From Lama glama (taxonomy: Eukaryota), in the NCBI GenBank assembly GCA_028534125.1, contig CM052820.1, positions 3,844,001 through 3,908,000 on the forward strand: DNA of 64,000 nucleotides, written 5' to 3'. The position numbers were made by a program, and so were the translations under genes. Shown one piece after another: positions 12,421 through 26,339 of this stretch. The notes below the pieces were generated by a model. That model ran no database searches and was not told the origin of the DNA. It saw nothing but the letters and a program-made list of their open reading frames with translations. Position 1 is the first letter of the stretch; the number at the start of each line of letters is the position of its first letter.

Positions 12421-12498
12421 TATTTTCATTTAAAAAAAACTGAACTACAGTCAGCTTATAATGTGTCAATTTTTGGTGGACAGCATAATGTTTCAGTC
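12421..12498 (-). mobile_element. Very short 5'-truncated L1 3' end
   Basis: tgaactacagtcagcttataatgtgtcaatttttggtggacagcataatgtttcagtc; TSD tcaattt(t/a)ccaa at 12407-12418 and 12499-12510. Confidence 0.75.
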
Positions 12499-13814
12499 TC
12501 AATTTACCAACTTGAAGGCTCAATGTCTTAAAGAAAAAAAACAACACTAAGCCTTACCTTTTATAAGGAAAAATTCTTTTAATCAGTAAAAAGCCCTTCA
12601 GAACCTTGCAGCTAAAAAGTTTGATCAATTCATGTTATGTTCACATCCTGCAGCATTATCTTTTCAGGTTTTAACTAATGTTTCCAAAACCTTGGATAAC
12701 ATATGCTGGAACAATGAACAGTAATTTGCGTACCAACTAAAGAAAAATTAAATGAGTAGTAATTTTACATGCCCAACTTATGTTTCCTTTCTGTACTAAT
12801 GTTGCTGATGGAATTTGTTCAAGATTGCTATAAGGTTTTAGCCATTAAGATAAGCATTTTACCCAAATGGCAATACTAAATTAAACGACGTACAGCCACA
12901 GCGTCTTGTCAATTACCTGGTCCTCCGCCAGAGAAACGACAAGTCCCTGGTATTGCCCAGGCAGCCATGCGGAGGGCAGTTACATTTGCCTAATACATTC
13001 AAGCATCCAAACAAACAAACAAAAAAACGTGGCACAGATCAAAAGGGGTATTTCAGGATGGACTTTGGCAGACTTCTGGGTTCTTCAGTGCTTTTAACTG
13101 GAAAAGCTTTCTTTGTACCAAAAGCAATTCCCAAATGACTTCTGGGCTGAATTCTCGGAAATCAGTTACAGGCACCCACAGAACATGCTTGTCTTAGTCT
13201 TTCCTTATCAGTGACTGACCTTGTATTTGCCGCCATCCCAAAGCCGGCAGGCAGGTGGAGGGGGGCCCTTTGTCATTCATGTATGGTGCACCCGTGGAGA
13301 GATGGGTGACGTGTGGGTGACACTCAAGCTATGTTTGTGTGCACATCCACTTTTGCAGTTTCTGTTTTAAAGTAAAAGCTGCAGCCAGGGTGGTATGTTC
13401 CTCCCCGGATGTGCTTCGAGCAATCGAGGAGGGATGGGGACAGGAGGGGGAAGGGGCCATGGCCAAGGTCCCCAGGTGATGCTCAGAAAAGCTCCAAGGA
13501 GCAGCACCCCAGGCATGCACCGCCTCTCCATGGAGCTACTGACGGGGGGCTCGGGACCTGGGTGGGCTCCAAGGGGGGCACTTTGCAAGGAACACTGGTT
13601 CCCATGTAAACCAACTGGGACCCATTACATAGGCTGTGATGGAGCTCGTGCATCTTTCTGCTTGTCTGCAGCAGCGTCCTGGATGAGGCCTAACCAGACT
13701 ATGGGACAGGAACCAAGCAGCTTCTCATGGCCTGAGCCGACCCATACTTACAAGAGGTCTTCAAGGCTCAGCCTCAAGCAGGCAGCATGTCTGAGGCAGC
13801 TCTCCTTCCAGTTC

Positions 13815-14240
13815 TGTTGAAGTAACTGACATGCATCACTAAGTTTAAGGCATACACCATGATGGCTTAATTTACAGATATCGTGACATGATGACCACAG
13901 TAGATTTGGCTGATGCCCATCTTCTCAGAGAGGCAGAATAAAAAGAAAAGAAAGCACGGGGAAAAAAGATTTCTCTGGCATGAGAACTCCGAGGGTTCAC
14001 TCTGCACCATGAGCCCTCACGCCAGACAGCAGAGGGGCTGGGCCGTCACACTGCTCATTACATCCCTCGTGCTTACTTAGCTCACAAATGAGTGACTGGG
14101 AGTCCGCACCTTCCCACCACCTTCCTCCAGCTCCTCCTCCCCCCACCTTCCGCCTCTGGTCACCACGAATCTGCTCTCCTTCTGTGCAAGTCTGGTTTAT
14201 TGTCTCGTTTGGTTTTCTTTAGATTCCACATACAAGAGAA
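13815..14240 (-). mobile_element. L1 3' UTR fragment (L1MA9-like), GC-shifted
   Basis: aagtttaaggcataca...atgagaactc...cctctggtcaccac...tttagattccacatacaag follows the L1MA9-type 3' end. Confidence 0.8.
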
Positions 14241-17200
14241 GAGCTGAGAAGCAACGGCGGCCCTGGCAGGGACGTTTACTGGTGGCTGTCCTGCTCTCGC
14301 CCCTCTTCTATCTCTGCCTGTGTACACCGGGCCAGCAGGTGCCCTGGGTCAAGGCCACTGCTTCGCTGGTGCACGTCGAGTCCCCGAGTCATGAGGGCAG
14401 GGCCAGTGCTGGACTGGAAGGCGGCCCACGTGGGGGTGCTCCCCAGTGAGTGCCACGGGGGGCCCTCGTCTGAGGCCACTGCTGGCTGCCACACGGAAAG
14501 GACAGGAGAGCCTGGGCTTCAGCACAGGGAGCCCGAGATCACGCGGGGCCTGAACCCAAAAGGGTTCAGAGCTGGGGGGTGCCTGCTGGTGTCACAGCAT
14601 GGGGTCACCCCTCTGCTTCCTTGCTGGGCCAGGTGAGGTGCATTTTCTCCTGGACACACGATCCAAATCACCTGGGTGAGCCACTGGGGGCGGGGACGAA
14701 GCTAAGGGAAGGAGCTGGAGCCTCAGCAATGCAGGATTAAGATGCAAATTTAAAATCCAGTGCTTCTGAGCCAGGGCTGGCCTCTGGGGAGCACAGCAGT
14801 CTCTGCTTCCAGAGTCCCCAAGGGTAAGACGCCCACTTCTCGGCAGCGTGAAGACCGAGGCTGTTTGCTCCCTCCCCCAGTGCCTGGTCGCCCACTCGCT
14901 GAAGAGCCGCCCGTCCCCCGGGTCGTGGAGACGAGAGGAGGCGGTGTGCGTAGACGTGCACTGACAAGAGAAAACCCTGAAGTTCAGGGCAATGAGTCTA
15001 AAGGAGAGGAAGATAGATGCGCTGTTTGTACTGAAACCTGGAATCACTCCATTTGTAATTCAGCATAACTCAGTGTTGTTTGTTTTTTTTTTAACTATAG
15101 TTGATTTACAATGTTGTGATCAACTTTTGAAACTCAAAAATATATCCCAGATAAAATACGCTGAGAATTAGGTTTGAAAAATGATAAAGCTGCAATTGAC
15201 TTAACAATGAAGTCTAGAAAGTCCTGATGCTGTTTAAACGAAGGAGCAAAGCGCACTGAGCATTTCAGGCAACGTCTCCTTCTGAGTAAATACACGAGTG
15301 ATCCTGCGATGCCTGCCAAACCACCATGATCCCCCGGCACAGCCGCGCCACCGTTCTCCGGGACCACTGCTGCCTGTCCGTCCCCCCCCCCCCCGATAAC
15401 CAGACCTCAGTCTCCTGCGTCAGCAGCGCCAGTGTCTCCACGGTGAGCCTGAGAACTCCGGTTTGTGGAGCATCACAAAGGAACGCCCGCATCCTCTCTT
15501 CCTTTAAACCTTCCCTGCTTTTCTTTTCCCTTACACAATTAGGTAAGAATCCATTCGTCAGCCTAGTTTAAAATAAATGATGTTGAGATTTCAGAAGTAA
15601 CATACGGAAAAGAACTGAAAACTTTCCCTCTGACGCGTCCTCTCACGACGAGCACGTCACAACGTGAGAGCTGGCCACCGTCCTGGGCTAGAGCAGAGGA
15701 CGTGAGCTAAATGTGCAGGCATCAGAACTGTTCACAGACCAGCTCCAAAACCAAGGAAGCCTAGAGAGCAGTTTCCTGTAATCTGCTCCATCAACTTCTA
15801 CATGAAAAACGTAGTAAGAAAGTAAAGCAGGGGGCAACCAGCCATCTCTGAAACTGACCATGAGACCACGTGTCAATCACTCATTCAACGCGATGACCGA
15901 CAGCTTAACAGATGATGCAAGTAAAGCTCGGGCCAGTTAAGACACCTCCCTAAAGGCAGAAGCGGCAGGGCCAGGCACCGAGCTGGCCTCGATCCCAAGC
16001 CCTCTGTGCCCACAGCCGCGTCTTGCGGCCCCGAGCTAACTCCCTGGCGTGGAGTCTGGCTGTGGCCGTGGCTGCATCGCCGTCAGCTGCCGCAGGGTCA
16101 GTGGATGGCCGGGCAGTGACAACCGCCGCTGAGGGTGGAATGAGGAAGCACCGGGCCTCACGTCTGTGAAGGAGGCACAACTGGCTGGGACGTGGAGGTG
16201 GGACAGAGCGGCTCCGCTGAGGCCACCTGGAAAACGGACACCACGCCCCGCCTCAGGGGGTGGGCAGGAGGGAGGCGGGAGCCACCCTCTCCGCCTTGTG
16301 CCTCGTGGTCTGCCGACGGGGCTGGGAGGCAGAATTCATAAAGAAGACACGGAACGTGGTCCCTGCTGCGCAACGTTCTCCGCCTGTCCACCTTGACCAA
16401 GGACGGGGCCTCAACCGTCTCAGCTGTGACGGCCACGAGGCTTGACCGTAAGGGTTTTCACGGCTTTCCTACTGGCTCTGTTGGAGGTGACCCCAGGAAT
16501 TCTGGAAGACAAGGTAACTGCTCCGTAGAGCAGCTCCACTTTCTCCCGCTGAGTAATCTGGATTCCGCATCTCGGTCTCAATCATTCCCGTGAGCCTCTG
16601 CATCTCACTCCTTTCTCTTTCCCCCAAAGAAAGCCCCGAACTGGCGTATCTACCGAAGGTACTTGCTTCGTTAAATAATGGGAGTCAGTGGGCACAGCTT
16701 GACTACAGCAGCCAGTGTTTCTATACTCGGAGGTGAAGAAGAGAATCGGAGTTTCCCAGGAATTTCTGCTAATAACATTATTTCCCAAATTAATCCTGAA
16801 AGTCATTGACGTTTATTTCCTACCGAACCCAAACCAACCAGCCACCATCCTATCCCCCATCATGTCAGTCTGTGGGCTCCTCATTTTACTCCCCACAAAA
16901 ATGAATGCGTTTGTTCTAGAAATTTCAGCACTTGTAAACGCACTTATCATACTTTGCTCCCTAAATGAGGTTGAATAATACATTCGGCCTGATTAAATTT
17001 TCATTAACACTCAGAATCATTCTTCAGTCATATTGCCTGTAAAACATTCTGGCTTTGGAGTCCCCCAGTAATTACCAGAGGGTCTTGCAAAGTGATACCT
17101 AGTGATGCAAAGAAAAACAAAATTGTCTCCTGGACGATCTAAGACAGATAACAACTGCGGACGGAAAGAAAGATCACATCCTCTTATTTGCCACCTCCCT

Positions 17201-18651
17201 GGGGGACTGAGCGATTTATCTGTACCTGCCTGGGGGTTAATTAGGAAGAAACAACTAACACCACAAGGAAGTTGACATTACAGGTTCAAGGTATTTCTAA
17301 TTCAGTATCAGAAGCAGTGAGAAAGTCACAACCTTGTTCCTTAAAAAAATCCCTCCCTTCACTTGCCTGTTAACACAAGATTTCTAACCTTTAAACAGAG
17401 AAGGGGGAAGGTTTTTCCCTGTACAGTCTAAAATGCAGCAAAGACAGATCCCTTTAGACAATGTTTGATTTTAATGCCTTACATGTGTACAATTGCTCGT
17501 GCTCCGAACACGCAAAGCTTCAATAACCGGGGGGGGGGGGGGATAAAGAAGAGGAGGAAAGTCCTTGAGGGAAGAGTCGGCACCCTCACTGACTTCCCTC
17601 CTTTGTGGGGTGGATCGCCCGGCTATAGAAATTAAGGGGTCTTTTGTAAGTTGCCCAACTTGGTGCAGAGTTCCATCTCCCCGCCTCTACCTTCCATAAC
17701 CTCGTTGTTGGAAGATGTCAAAGGTCCATCAGGGATGCTCGTGAGCTGGGACAAAGAGCGGCCGCCTGCGTGCTATCAGGCCGATCTGAGTCCACCTCTG
17801 TGTTCACTCCCACCGCTAATTCATCATGGCCCGGACAGCTGGGCTGATTGCGGGCCTCCCGGCACAATGCGGGGCCGGCTGACCATCCCTGGGCCCTGGC
17901 CGGGGGGAGGGCTGCCGGCACGGGCTCCGGCGGCCGGAGATAAGTGCTGGCTGTCAGTGCAAGGACAAAGAAGGGCAGGCCCTGGGGAGAGAAAGGAGAT
18001 AAAAAAAAAATTCTCCACAACTGCTTTATCTGATGAGGGTTATGGCTAATTAATTATAAACTCAATTACCTAACCCTTACTTCAGCAGTCTCTATCCATT
18101 AAGAGATAAAACTTGACTGACAGCTAACTTTCTCCTGCCCACACAGGCACCCAGCAGACTGCCTTCCTTCTACGTGCTAACACCCAGTTTCCTAAAACGA
18201 TCTCCAAAGCCACTCAGACCTGTCGGGCGCTTGTCAGGAGCTGGCCCGGATCAGGCCCCCCACTTCCAGCCCGGGCCCCCTGTCGCCTGCTGGGAGGGCC
18301 CTGGTCCCACGCGGGGCCCAGCCTGAGAAGGCGACACCCAGACAACAGACAATGGACGTTATGTACACGCGCCCCCGGTCCCTGCGGCATCCTGGGCGGG
18401 TCTTTTGATCTGGGTCCTGAGACTGGGGAATGGGCTGCAGGACAGGCCTCCCTCCTCCCGAGCACACCTCCCAGTCAGGACCAGGGGCGGGGCAGCAGGA
18501 GGGCTCTGCACAGTTTACATATCAATTTCCACTTCCCCCCGAAATTCTGGACAGGCCTGACCTTCTTTTCAGCTCTGCTCGCACCTCGTTTCAGAGCCGG
18601 CAGCAGCTCACAGACCCGCTTCATCAATAGACTCTATTCAGCGAAGGTTGT

Positions 18652-18791
18652 NNNNNNNNNNNNNNNNNNNNNNNNNNNNNNNNNNNNNNNNNNNNNNNNN
18701 NNNNNNNNNNNNNNNNNNNNNNNNNNNNNNNNNNNNNNNNNNNNNNNNNNNNNNNNNNNNNNNNNNNNNNNNNNNNNNNNNNNNNNNNNNN
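18652..18791. other. N-run, 140 bp
   Basis: Run of N. Confidence 0.99.
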
Positions 18792-20656
18792 GCGGCCGAG
18801 ATGTGCTGGTGGCGCATCCAAACACCGGCTCGCTCTCTGTTCTTCCCAGGAGGCGGCCAGGACCCCCTGGCTTTCCAATTGGCACAGTTTTTTCCACAGA
18901 GGGCAGTTGGGACACTTCCCACCCCCCTCTTCCTCGTCCACAGGCTCCTGCACTTGGAGCTCCCGGTGGTCTCCTGGGTGGGAAGCGGAGACCAGGACAG
19001 ATATCTGGGTGTGGCGCCGAGCCCAGTACACTGCCCCAGGCATCCTGGCCTCCCAAAAGGCTGCAAATGGTTCAAGGTGGGGAGACCGAGGGATGCTGCA
19101 GCTGGCAAGGCAATGAGAGCGTGCTCAGCACACCCTGCCTTAAAAACCCCTAAACCAGCATCGTCCCCTCCCCCCTCCAAGGCCGCGCCCGGAGCATCGT
19201 GGGGAGGGTGAAGTTTACGGGAAGGACGTGGACCTTCCTCTGCCTTTTCCCGGAGCTGTCCGAGGGTGTTCACCTCTCGTGCCCTCCAAGCCCAAACCCC
19301 GCAGCAGTTGTGCAGCCTTTTCCTCCCGGCAGCGAGAGCCAGGGGAACGCTGACACACAGTCAGGACACAGGGCCTGATGGGCGCGGAGCACGGCTGGTG
19401 CCAGCGTTCCAGGCCAGGCTGGCGCCCAGAGATCCCGGAGGGGCTGGCTGGCGCTCCCGAGGCTGAGCAGCTGGGAGGCCACCTAGAGACCACATCTCCT
19501 GGACACAGGAGAGTCCTGTCAGTGCCAGCAAGCCAGCACCGTCTGGGAGGCCCCTCCATGGGGTGTGGGGAGTGGGGGCACTGTGTTTGGTGGGAGAGGC
19601 TGGGCTGACTGAAGACGCTGGGTCGGGAACCAGCATTGCCATTGACTTGCCAAACAGCCCCGAGCAGATCAGGCACCCCCTTCCTGCAACAGGCACTGGT
19701 CCCCCCAGATGGATGCAGACTTGCAAAGCCACGGGTCCCCTGGAGCGGACCTGACATGAGTGGGCTGTGGGGCAGGCCATGGAACTCCCTGACCTCGCTG
19801 GGCCGTCAGCATCTTTCCAAGTCCCAGACAGCACGGCGCCCATCGCGTAGACAGCATGAAATGAATGTGAATACCCTTGGCAAAGCAGCTTTTGCTCAGG
19901 AATACACCACAGCTATTCCAAGTGGTCCCAGAGTGTTTCTGGTCAAACGCCTTCCTGCCAGCAGCCTCAAGTAAAGAGGAAACAGCTCACCCTCACTTGC
20001 CAACGTGGCTGCGGAATGCAAGGTACCCAGGACGACCTCGCTGCAGGGAGACGTGGAGCCCTCAGCGCAGCTGCTGGGGCCCCAGGGAGCCAGGTGAGTC
20101 TTCTTAGAACTTGAGAAATGTCACTAATTTTTAAAGTAAGATTAGGAAGAGGGGTAGCAGTTAATAACTGTGGCTACTGATTTTTCTGTATTGTTCAATT
20201 AAAGTGGATTTTTTCACTGCCGGGCCTGAGTTGCTGTCTACACAGGGGAGACCACGTGGGTTCTTCCTCCATGAGTCCCACTCCTTTGGCTCGTGTGCAG
20301 CAAACGGTCCGTGTTTTCTTTGAGGTCACGTTATCAACCCACCAGGGCTCGCGACCATCTGTGCATCGTAAAGGGGTACAGCTGAGGGCGGCAGCCCGGG
20401 GCTGAGACGCGGAGGTGGGCAGGAGTGGGGGCAGGTGTGCAGGCCCTGTAGGTGAGGGCTGGGGTGATGGGGAAGCTGGTCCTCCTCAGAGCATTAGTAC
20501 GTCTTAACTTCCTTTCCAGTCGTTGTCCTCCACTAACGAGGGAGAGCAGCGAAGGAGACTGAGGTGGCGAAGCCAGAGGCGGGGGCAGGACAGGTGAGCC
20601 GGGAGACAGCATCTCAAGGAAAGAGAGAAGCTGTACGCCACGTGCAACAGGAAGAT

Positions 20657-20712
20657 GGGCACGTCGGGTGCAAGAACACATCTCGGGCACGTCGGGTGCA
20701 AGAACACATCTC
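20657..20712. repeat. Perfect 28-bp tandem duplication
   Basis: (gggcacgtcgggtgcaagaacacatctc)x2. Confidence 0.95.
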
Positions 20713-21198
20713 CTTCCCACCCACGGGTGGGGCAGGAGCTGGGCACGTGGACTGTGAGGCAGAGAAAGACCCGGAGAAGGGAGGGCGAGGGGCCAGGTGA
20801 GCCTGCAAACTCCACGCCTGACAGGTAACGCCTGCAGCGGGCAGCTTCCCACCTGGGCTGGCATCCTCAGAGAACAAGGGCACCGTCACGGTGGACTCAG
20901 GAAGCCTCTCTCAGCCACACGTCTGTGACGCGATGCAAACCCACGCCGCGGCCCAGCCGGGGAGGGAAGACCCCGATGGGAAACTCAAAGTCAGCTGGCT
21001 TCCACCACCACCACCAATCCAACAGAGGAATCACTTTTGAATCTGATTGGAAATGATGAATACTCAGAGAGACATTCAGAAAAAACCGGTTAATTACAGT
21101 CATATGTGTCATCATAATTGGCCCTTGTTGGCCAATAGAAGGAAGACATTTGCAACTTTCCCCAGGAAATTATATTCTAAATCCTTCACGAGGTGGAC

Positions 21199-21434
21199 NN
21201 NNNNNNNNNNNNNNNNNNNNNNNNNNNNNNNNNNNNNNNNNNNNNNNNNNNNNNNNNNNNNNNNNNNNNNNNNNNNNNNNNNNNNNNNNNNNNNNNNNNN
21301 NNNNNNNNNNNNNNNNNNNNNNNNNNNNNNNNNNNNNNNNNNNNNNNNNNNNNNNNNNNNNNNNNNNNNNNNNNNNNNNNNNNNNNNNNNNNNNNNNNNN
21401 NNNNNNNNNNNNNNNNNNNNNNNNNNNNNNNNNN
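21199..21434. other. N-run, 236 bp
   Basis: Run of N. Confidence 0.99.
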
Positions 21435-24400
21435 AAAGTCATTTTTACTTAGAGCTTTAAGGAGCAACGTGATGCTGACCAGGGTACCTCTGAAGCACAC
21501 GTATGAACAGGGAGCCCTGGCCTTTCGGACCCAGCACACGGAGTGGGGCGGCGAGGGGCGAGGGGGAAGCAGTCACGGATTCGACTCTCAAACACGGGAA
21601 CAGCATTAAGAGCCCAAATGAGGGAAACTCTCCCAAATGTTTACAAGCTGGGGAAGAAGGTAAAGAAATAAACCACCGAGGTACAGCTGTGTTTCTCACT
21701 CAATTTGTTGAGAAGATGAGGAAAACTTGAGCCGTGTGCTGTGTTCAGTGGTACCGTTTCGCACCCCAAGTAAGCAATCTGGGAAACACACACGGACTTT
21801 GAAAACAGCACCTTCCACGTGAATGATCTTATCTCATCCTGAGCCCGAGGAAAGTAGCAAAGGCCAGAATGGCCATGCGCCAGAGGCGGGAAGAAAAGAT
21901 GATCAGTGTGTGTCTGCACCAGTGTCCTTCCTAAAGCAACGCTTTTTTCTGAATGGAAGCCTCTTTTCTTCCTCAGTTTCCGACTCTGTTAGCAGAACCA
22001 CCATCCTTACAGGCAGGCACCTAACCTCAAAACCTAAAACCTCATGAAACGTTCCCTTCAGCCTCCAACTGGAAATGCCAGTGGGCCCTGGGGGAGGTCG
22101 GCCTGTGCGGGCGCCCAGCCCCCGCCCCTCGCCCCTGCACCAGGTTCCCATCACCTTGTTCAACATGTTCGGACTGGGATGGGTCAACCGCTCTGTGGGT
22201 GCGGAGAGGGGAAGGCCACAGCCCTGGAGAACCGCGGAACCTCTTCTGACAGGTGTCCTTGCAAACTCTTCTGTTCCACTGGGTTTCCGCGGGGACTCCT
22301 ACACATTTACGGATGGCTTTCATCAAAAAGCTCCTCTGAGTCCTGGAGGCAAATTCCCAACTGCCTCCTTCAGATGACTGGCTCCTGCAGACAGACACAC
22401 CTTCACACACAATCTCAATAAAACATACAAGTGTGATGGAAAGTAGACCTGAGCGACAGTGAGATGAAAGTTTCTAGGGAAGAGGTGGTGGAATTCAGTC
22501 TCGGCAGAGCGGGTGTGCTGGAGGCCCCCAGGCCACCTCCAGGCCGATGACCAGCAGGAAGACTCAGGAATCGGCAGTCACGCTCACAGCCGTGGCCTAC
22601 TACAGCCGAAGGGTGCGGCTCACAACCAGCAGGGAGGCAAGGCACACGGGGGGGCATCCAGGTGCGGCCTGCAAGGGGCCCCTCCCAGTGGAGCCACACA
22701 GGACCCACTGAGCTCCTCCCCCGATGAGTTGTGACGACACAGCAGGGACGCTCAGGGCAGGTCACGCATGCACCCTCTGCCTGGCACGGGCCCAGATTCC
22801 AGGCTCCCCAGAGGAGAGCAGGTGCTCAGCATAAACCATCCTCTGCCCAGTTCAGGGAGTTTGGGGACCCCTCCCCAATTCCCGGACACCAGCCAAGGGC
22901 CCTTTTGCAAGCAGGCTACTCCAGGGACAGCAGTCAGGCCTGCAATGTGAACTCTTTCCTACAAGCTGGCCAGAAGAATGGTGGGGAGCGGGCTGGGAGG
23001 GAGGTGGGCAGGCAAGGACGTTCCAACGGCGGGAGGCCTGGACACAGGGGAACCAGGACTGAGCCAACACCACGGGGCCAGCCTCTCGAAGGGGCAGAGG
23101 CTGGACTGGCGTTTAGGGTGGAGGGTGGGCAGGATGAGACGAGGAACATCCCAGGTTCCTGACCTGGGTGACTGTGCATGTCACCGAGACAGACAAGCAG
23201 ACCTGGGGCTCAGGAAAGGAGGAAAGAGAAGAAAAGGTCCCCCACAGATGGGCAGGGCTGGGGGCAGCTGGCGGGGGCCTGGCCAGGGTCCCGAGGAAGC
23301 CCAGGACGATGGTGTGCACGGCTCGCTCGCTCCCCCCACGGGCCGTCTTTCTATCGCGGAGCGTCGGGGACAGCAGACGTTTCTGCACCCGTGCTGTGAC
23401 CACCTGCGTTCTCTTTGGCTCTGGTGCCCCCTGACATCATCATCATCACAAACGTGGTCTGACTCAGGAGGCGGTGGGGTGGGAGGGTGGGGGGGGTCAC
23501 CCCTGCACTCTCCTGATACCTGAGATCTTGGGACCACCCAGCTGTGGGCACCCCTGAGGCTCCCCAACAGCCCGGCCCTTGGGACTAAACGGTCTGGGGC
23601 GTGTTTCCTTTCCTGTCCGGGCGGCCTGCCTGGCCTGATGCAGGGCCTGTGGCCTGGAGACTGCTTTTTCCACTGCCTCACAACAGAGTCCAGCCAGGGA
23701 CCCTCCAACAGTCAGTCGTAACTGCTGCCCAGAACAAGAACTGCAGACAGGTGCGGGGGCAGGGGCGGGACAGGTGACCCACTATCGTCGCCCAGTGTGA
23801 CGGGCGCTGTGATGGTGCTGTGCAGAAGGCCGTGGGAGGAAAGCCAGGAAAGCTTCTGAGGGGAGGCAGCACTGACCCCAGACCTGGGCCCGCAGGACGA
23901 GCCAGGTGGAGGCAACGCGGTCAGTAAACACTGTGTGCAAAGGCACAGCACTGAGGGGCACTGAGGCCCGGAGACGTGGGTGGGGGACACGGCTGGGACA
24001 GAAGGAGGACAGGGACAGGCCAGGTCAGGCCTGGAGCGCTGTGCCAAGAGGCGTGAACTTCTGGCGAAGGCCGGGAGAGGGTCTGAAGCAGAGGCCCACC
24101 CTGGCGTCCTGGGAGCTGTTTCCAGCCTGCAGATGCCTTCACGCTGGCCCCTACAAATTTTTCATGTTTTTTGGAATCAGTGGCCAACATTTAAAAATGA
24201 CAAGATTTGATACACAAACCCAGATTCCTGGCTTCCTTTAAAAACCGGGACCATCTGGGAACAAGGGGGCCAAAGAGTAGGAGGACGCGGATGTAAGTGA
24301 TGGCCGCTCTCATGTGACCCAGGCCCTTAGCCATCCCCCACCCCAAGCCATCAAATGTGCCCGCTTGGCACCTGTGACGCATTTGTGTTTGTAATTCCTG

Positions 24401-26339
24401 CATTAAACTTCTTGATTCATTTGGCCACACAGTCCACTGACATGCCGGAGTCAGGTGGAAAGGTCCCGCCAGGAACCGTATTCACGAGACCAAAAAGATC
24501 CCAAAGGTTACAGACCCTGGGAGAGTTGGTTGGCTTAAAAACAGAAATCTCCAACTCAGGGCCGGAGGTGCCAAGAGCTGGGAGCTCAGGAAGATGCTGC
24601 TGCCTGCTGGATAAGACAGCACAGGAGAAGGAGATTCTGCAGGGACAGGACACCCAGAGGTTTTCAGAGGCAAGTGTGTGCAGGGCGAGGTGCAGGAACC
24701 CCAGAGAAGAGAGTGTCATCTCCCAAGAAGGAGGCCTGACAGCATCATTCACGGGGAGGAGTCGGGCTGTGTGAGGGCAGGGCTTCTGTGGAAATGGGAG
24801 TGTCATTCACTGGCCCCAGAAAATAGTCCCACTAGGAGAGAGGCCTGATCCGGACGGAGGGGGTCAGTGGGCTGGTGGGGGCATGAGGAGCAATTCTGGA
24901 ATGTCCTGTAGGAGAGGAAGGGAGAGAGTCCGGTGTGGGTGGGAAAGAGTGGATCCAAGATTGATTCCAACGAGGACGGGGGAGCCAGCTGGTGCCCGGA
25001 GCCCGGGGCGGCGAGGAACCTGGGGCATCACCACAGACGAGACGGGTTCTCTTGGCCTCGAAGGGCTCCGCGCTGAGAGCCCAGCAGGGGGGCAGGAGCA
25101 GGGCAAACACTTCCACACAGTCTGCAGACCCACATCCTCAATTTTACACAGAACTTCCCGGGACGAACACACCCTGCGTTTACAGAAGTGACGGGGCGGG
25201 AAAGCGTGACTCCATCAGGGGCTGGGTGGGCGATTCCTGCTGGCGCCTCCCAGGGGAAGCCTGCTACGACACATGCCCTTAAACTCACAGGAGTGCAAAC
25301 TAACTAAACAAACACAGCCACCGCAATCTTTCTGAAGTGTCTCTGGAGGATAAAGTAAACAGCCTGACCCGATGAACGCTGTGAAGAGTGAGGGTGTAAG
25401 CCATCCGTCAGATTACCTGTGACACGCGCCGCAGGTGACGCGGGCACGACCGCTGTGGGCGACTGTCACAGCCCCCACTATCGCTGCTGTGGGTCGGTGC
25501 CTCTGTTCACAGCGGGAGGAAACACTAAATTTCGGTGGAGGCGGGTGGAAATAAAGGTGAATCTCCCCCAGCCACATCCTTGGGTCTCCGAATTCCGACT
25601 GTGGAGCCTGTGAAGAACTCCTGCTGGAGAGCAGCCCCTCTGCTCTGGACTGTCTTCCAGCCGTAGCAGCTCACGAGCTGGCCTCACTTCCTTGCCCTGG
25701 AACATGCGGGTTTTGTACTTGATCTAAGAGACGGAGAAGGCCCAACACCAGGAGAACGTGGAGGAGGGCCACCAAGGAGGACGCTCCAGCCACATGGAGG
25801 CACCTTGTACACCTTGTACAAGGGCCATAAGCAGGTACCATTGTCATGGCCGGCCGGCCACAGGTTTCTCTTAAATGTGGAGACACCTGCTAATTCAGCG
25901 CTCAAAGCCTTTTAACCCCCTGAAGAGCGCGGGATAAGACTTCACACATAATAACGGCAGGGAGCGGCCCCCGGAGCCCGTGAGGAAGGAGACAGTGGTG
26001 GCACTCGGGCAAGGAAACAGGACACGGCGAGGAGGGACGCACGCTTGAAGTAATTCGCTCTTTCAGCAACAGCAGTAGAGAACGACTCTCAGAGCCACGT
26101 GGAAGGAACCACCTGCGGGAGGAAGTCGAAGCCGAGGCGCGATGCCTGGCACGTGGCACGTGCTTGGGAAACAAGGGGAAGTGCCTGTAGGCTGCTAAGT
26201 GGCAAGCAAGCAGGCGCGTCTCTCTGTTCACAGGTTTCCTAACGAGAAGGGCTGCTGGCAGCTTCTGAGCGGGGACTCGCGCCGGTGGACCGATGCGTCC
26301 CGTGCGACTAGGCGATCGTCAGTAACGTCCAGACCTAGC

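Noticed and set aside
18638-19273. ORFs spanning N-runs
   Set aside because: Length is inflated by X residues from the N-runs.
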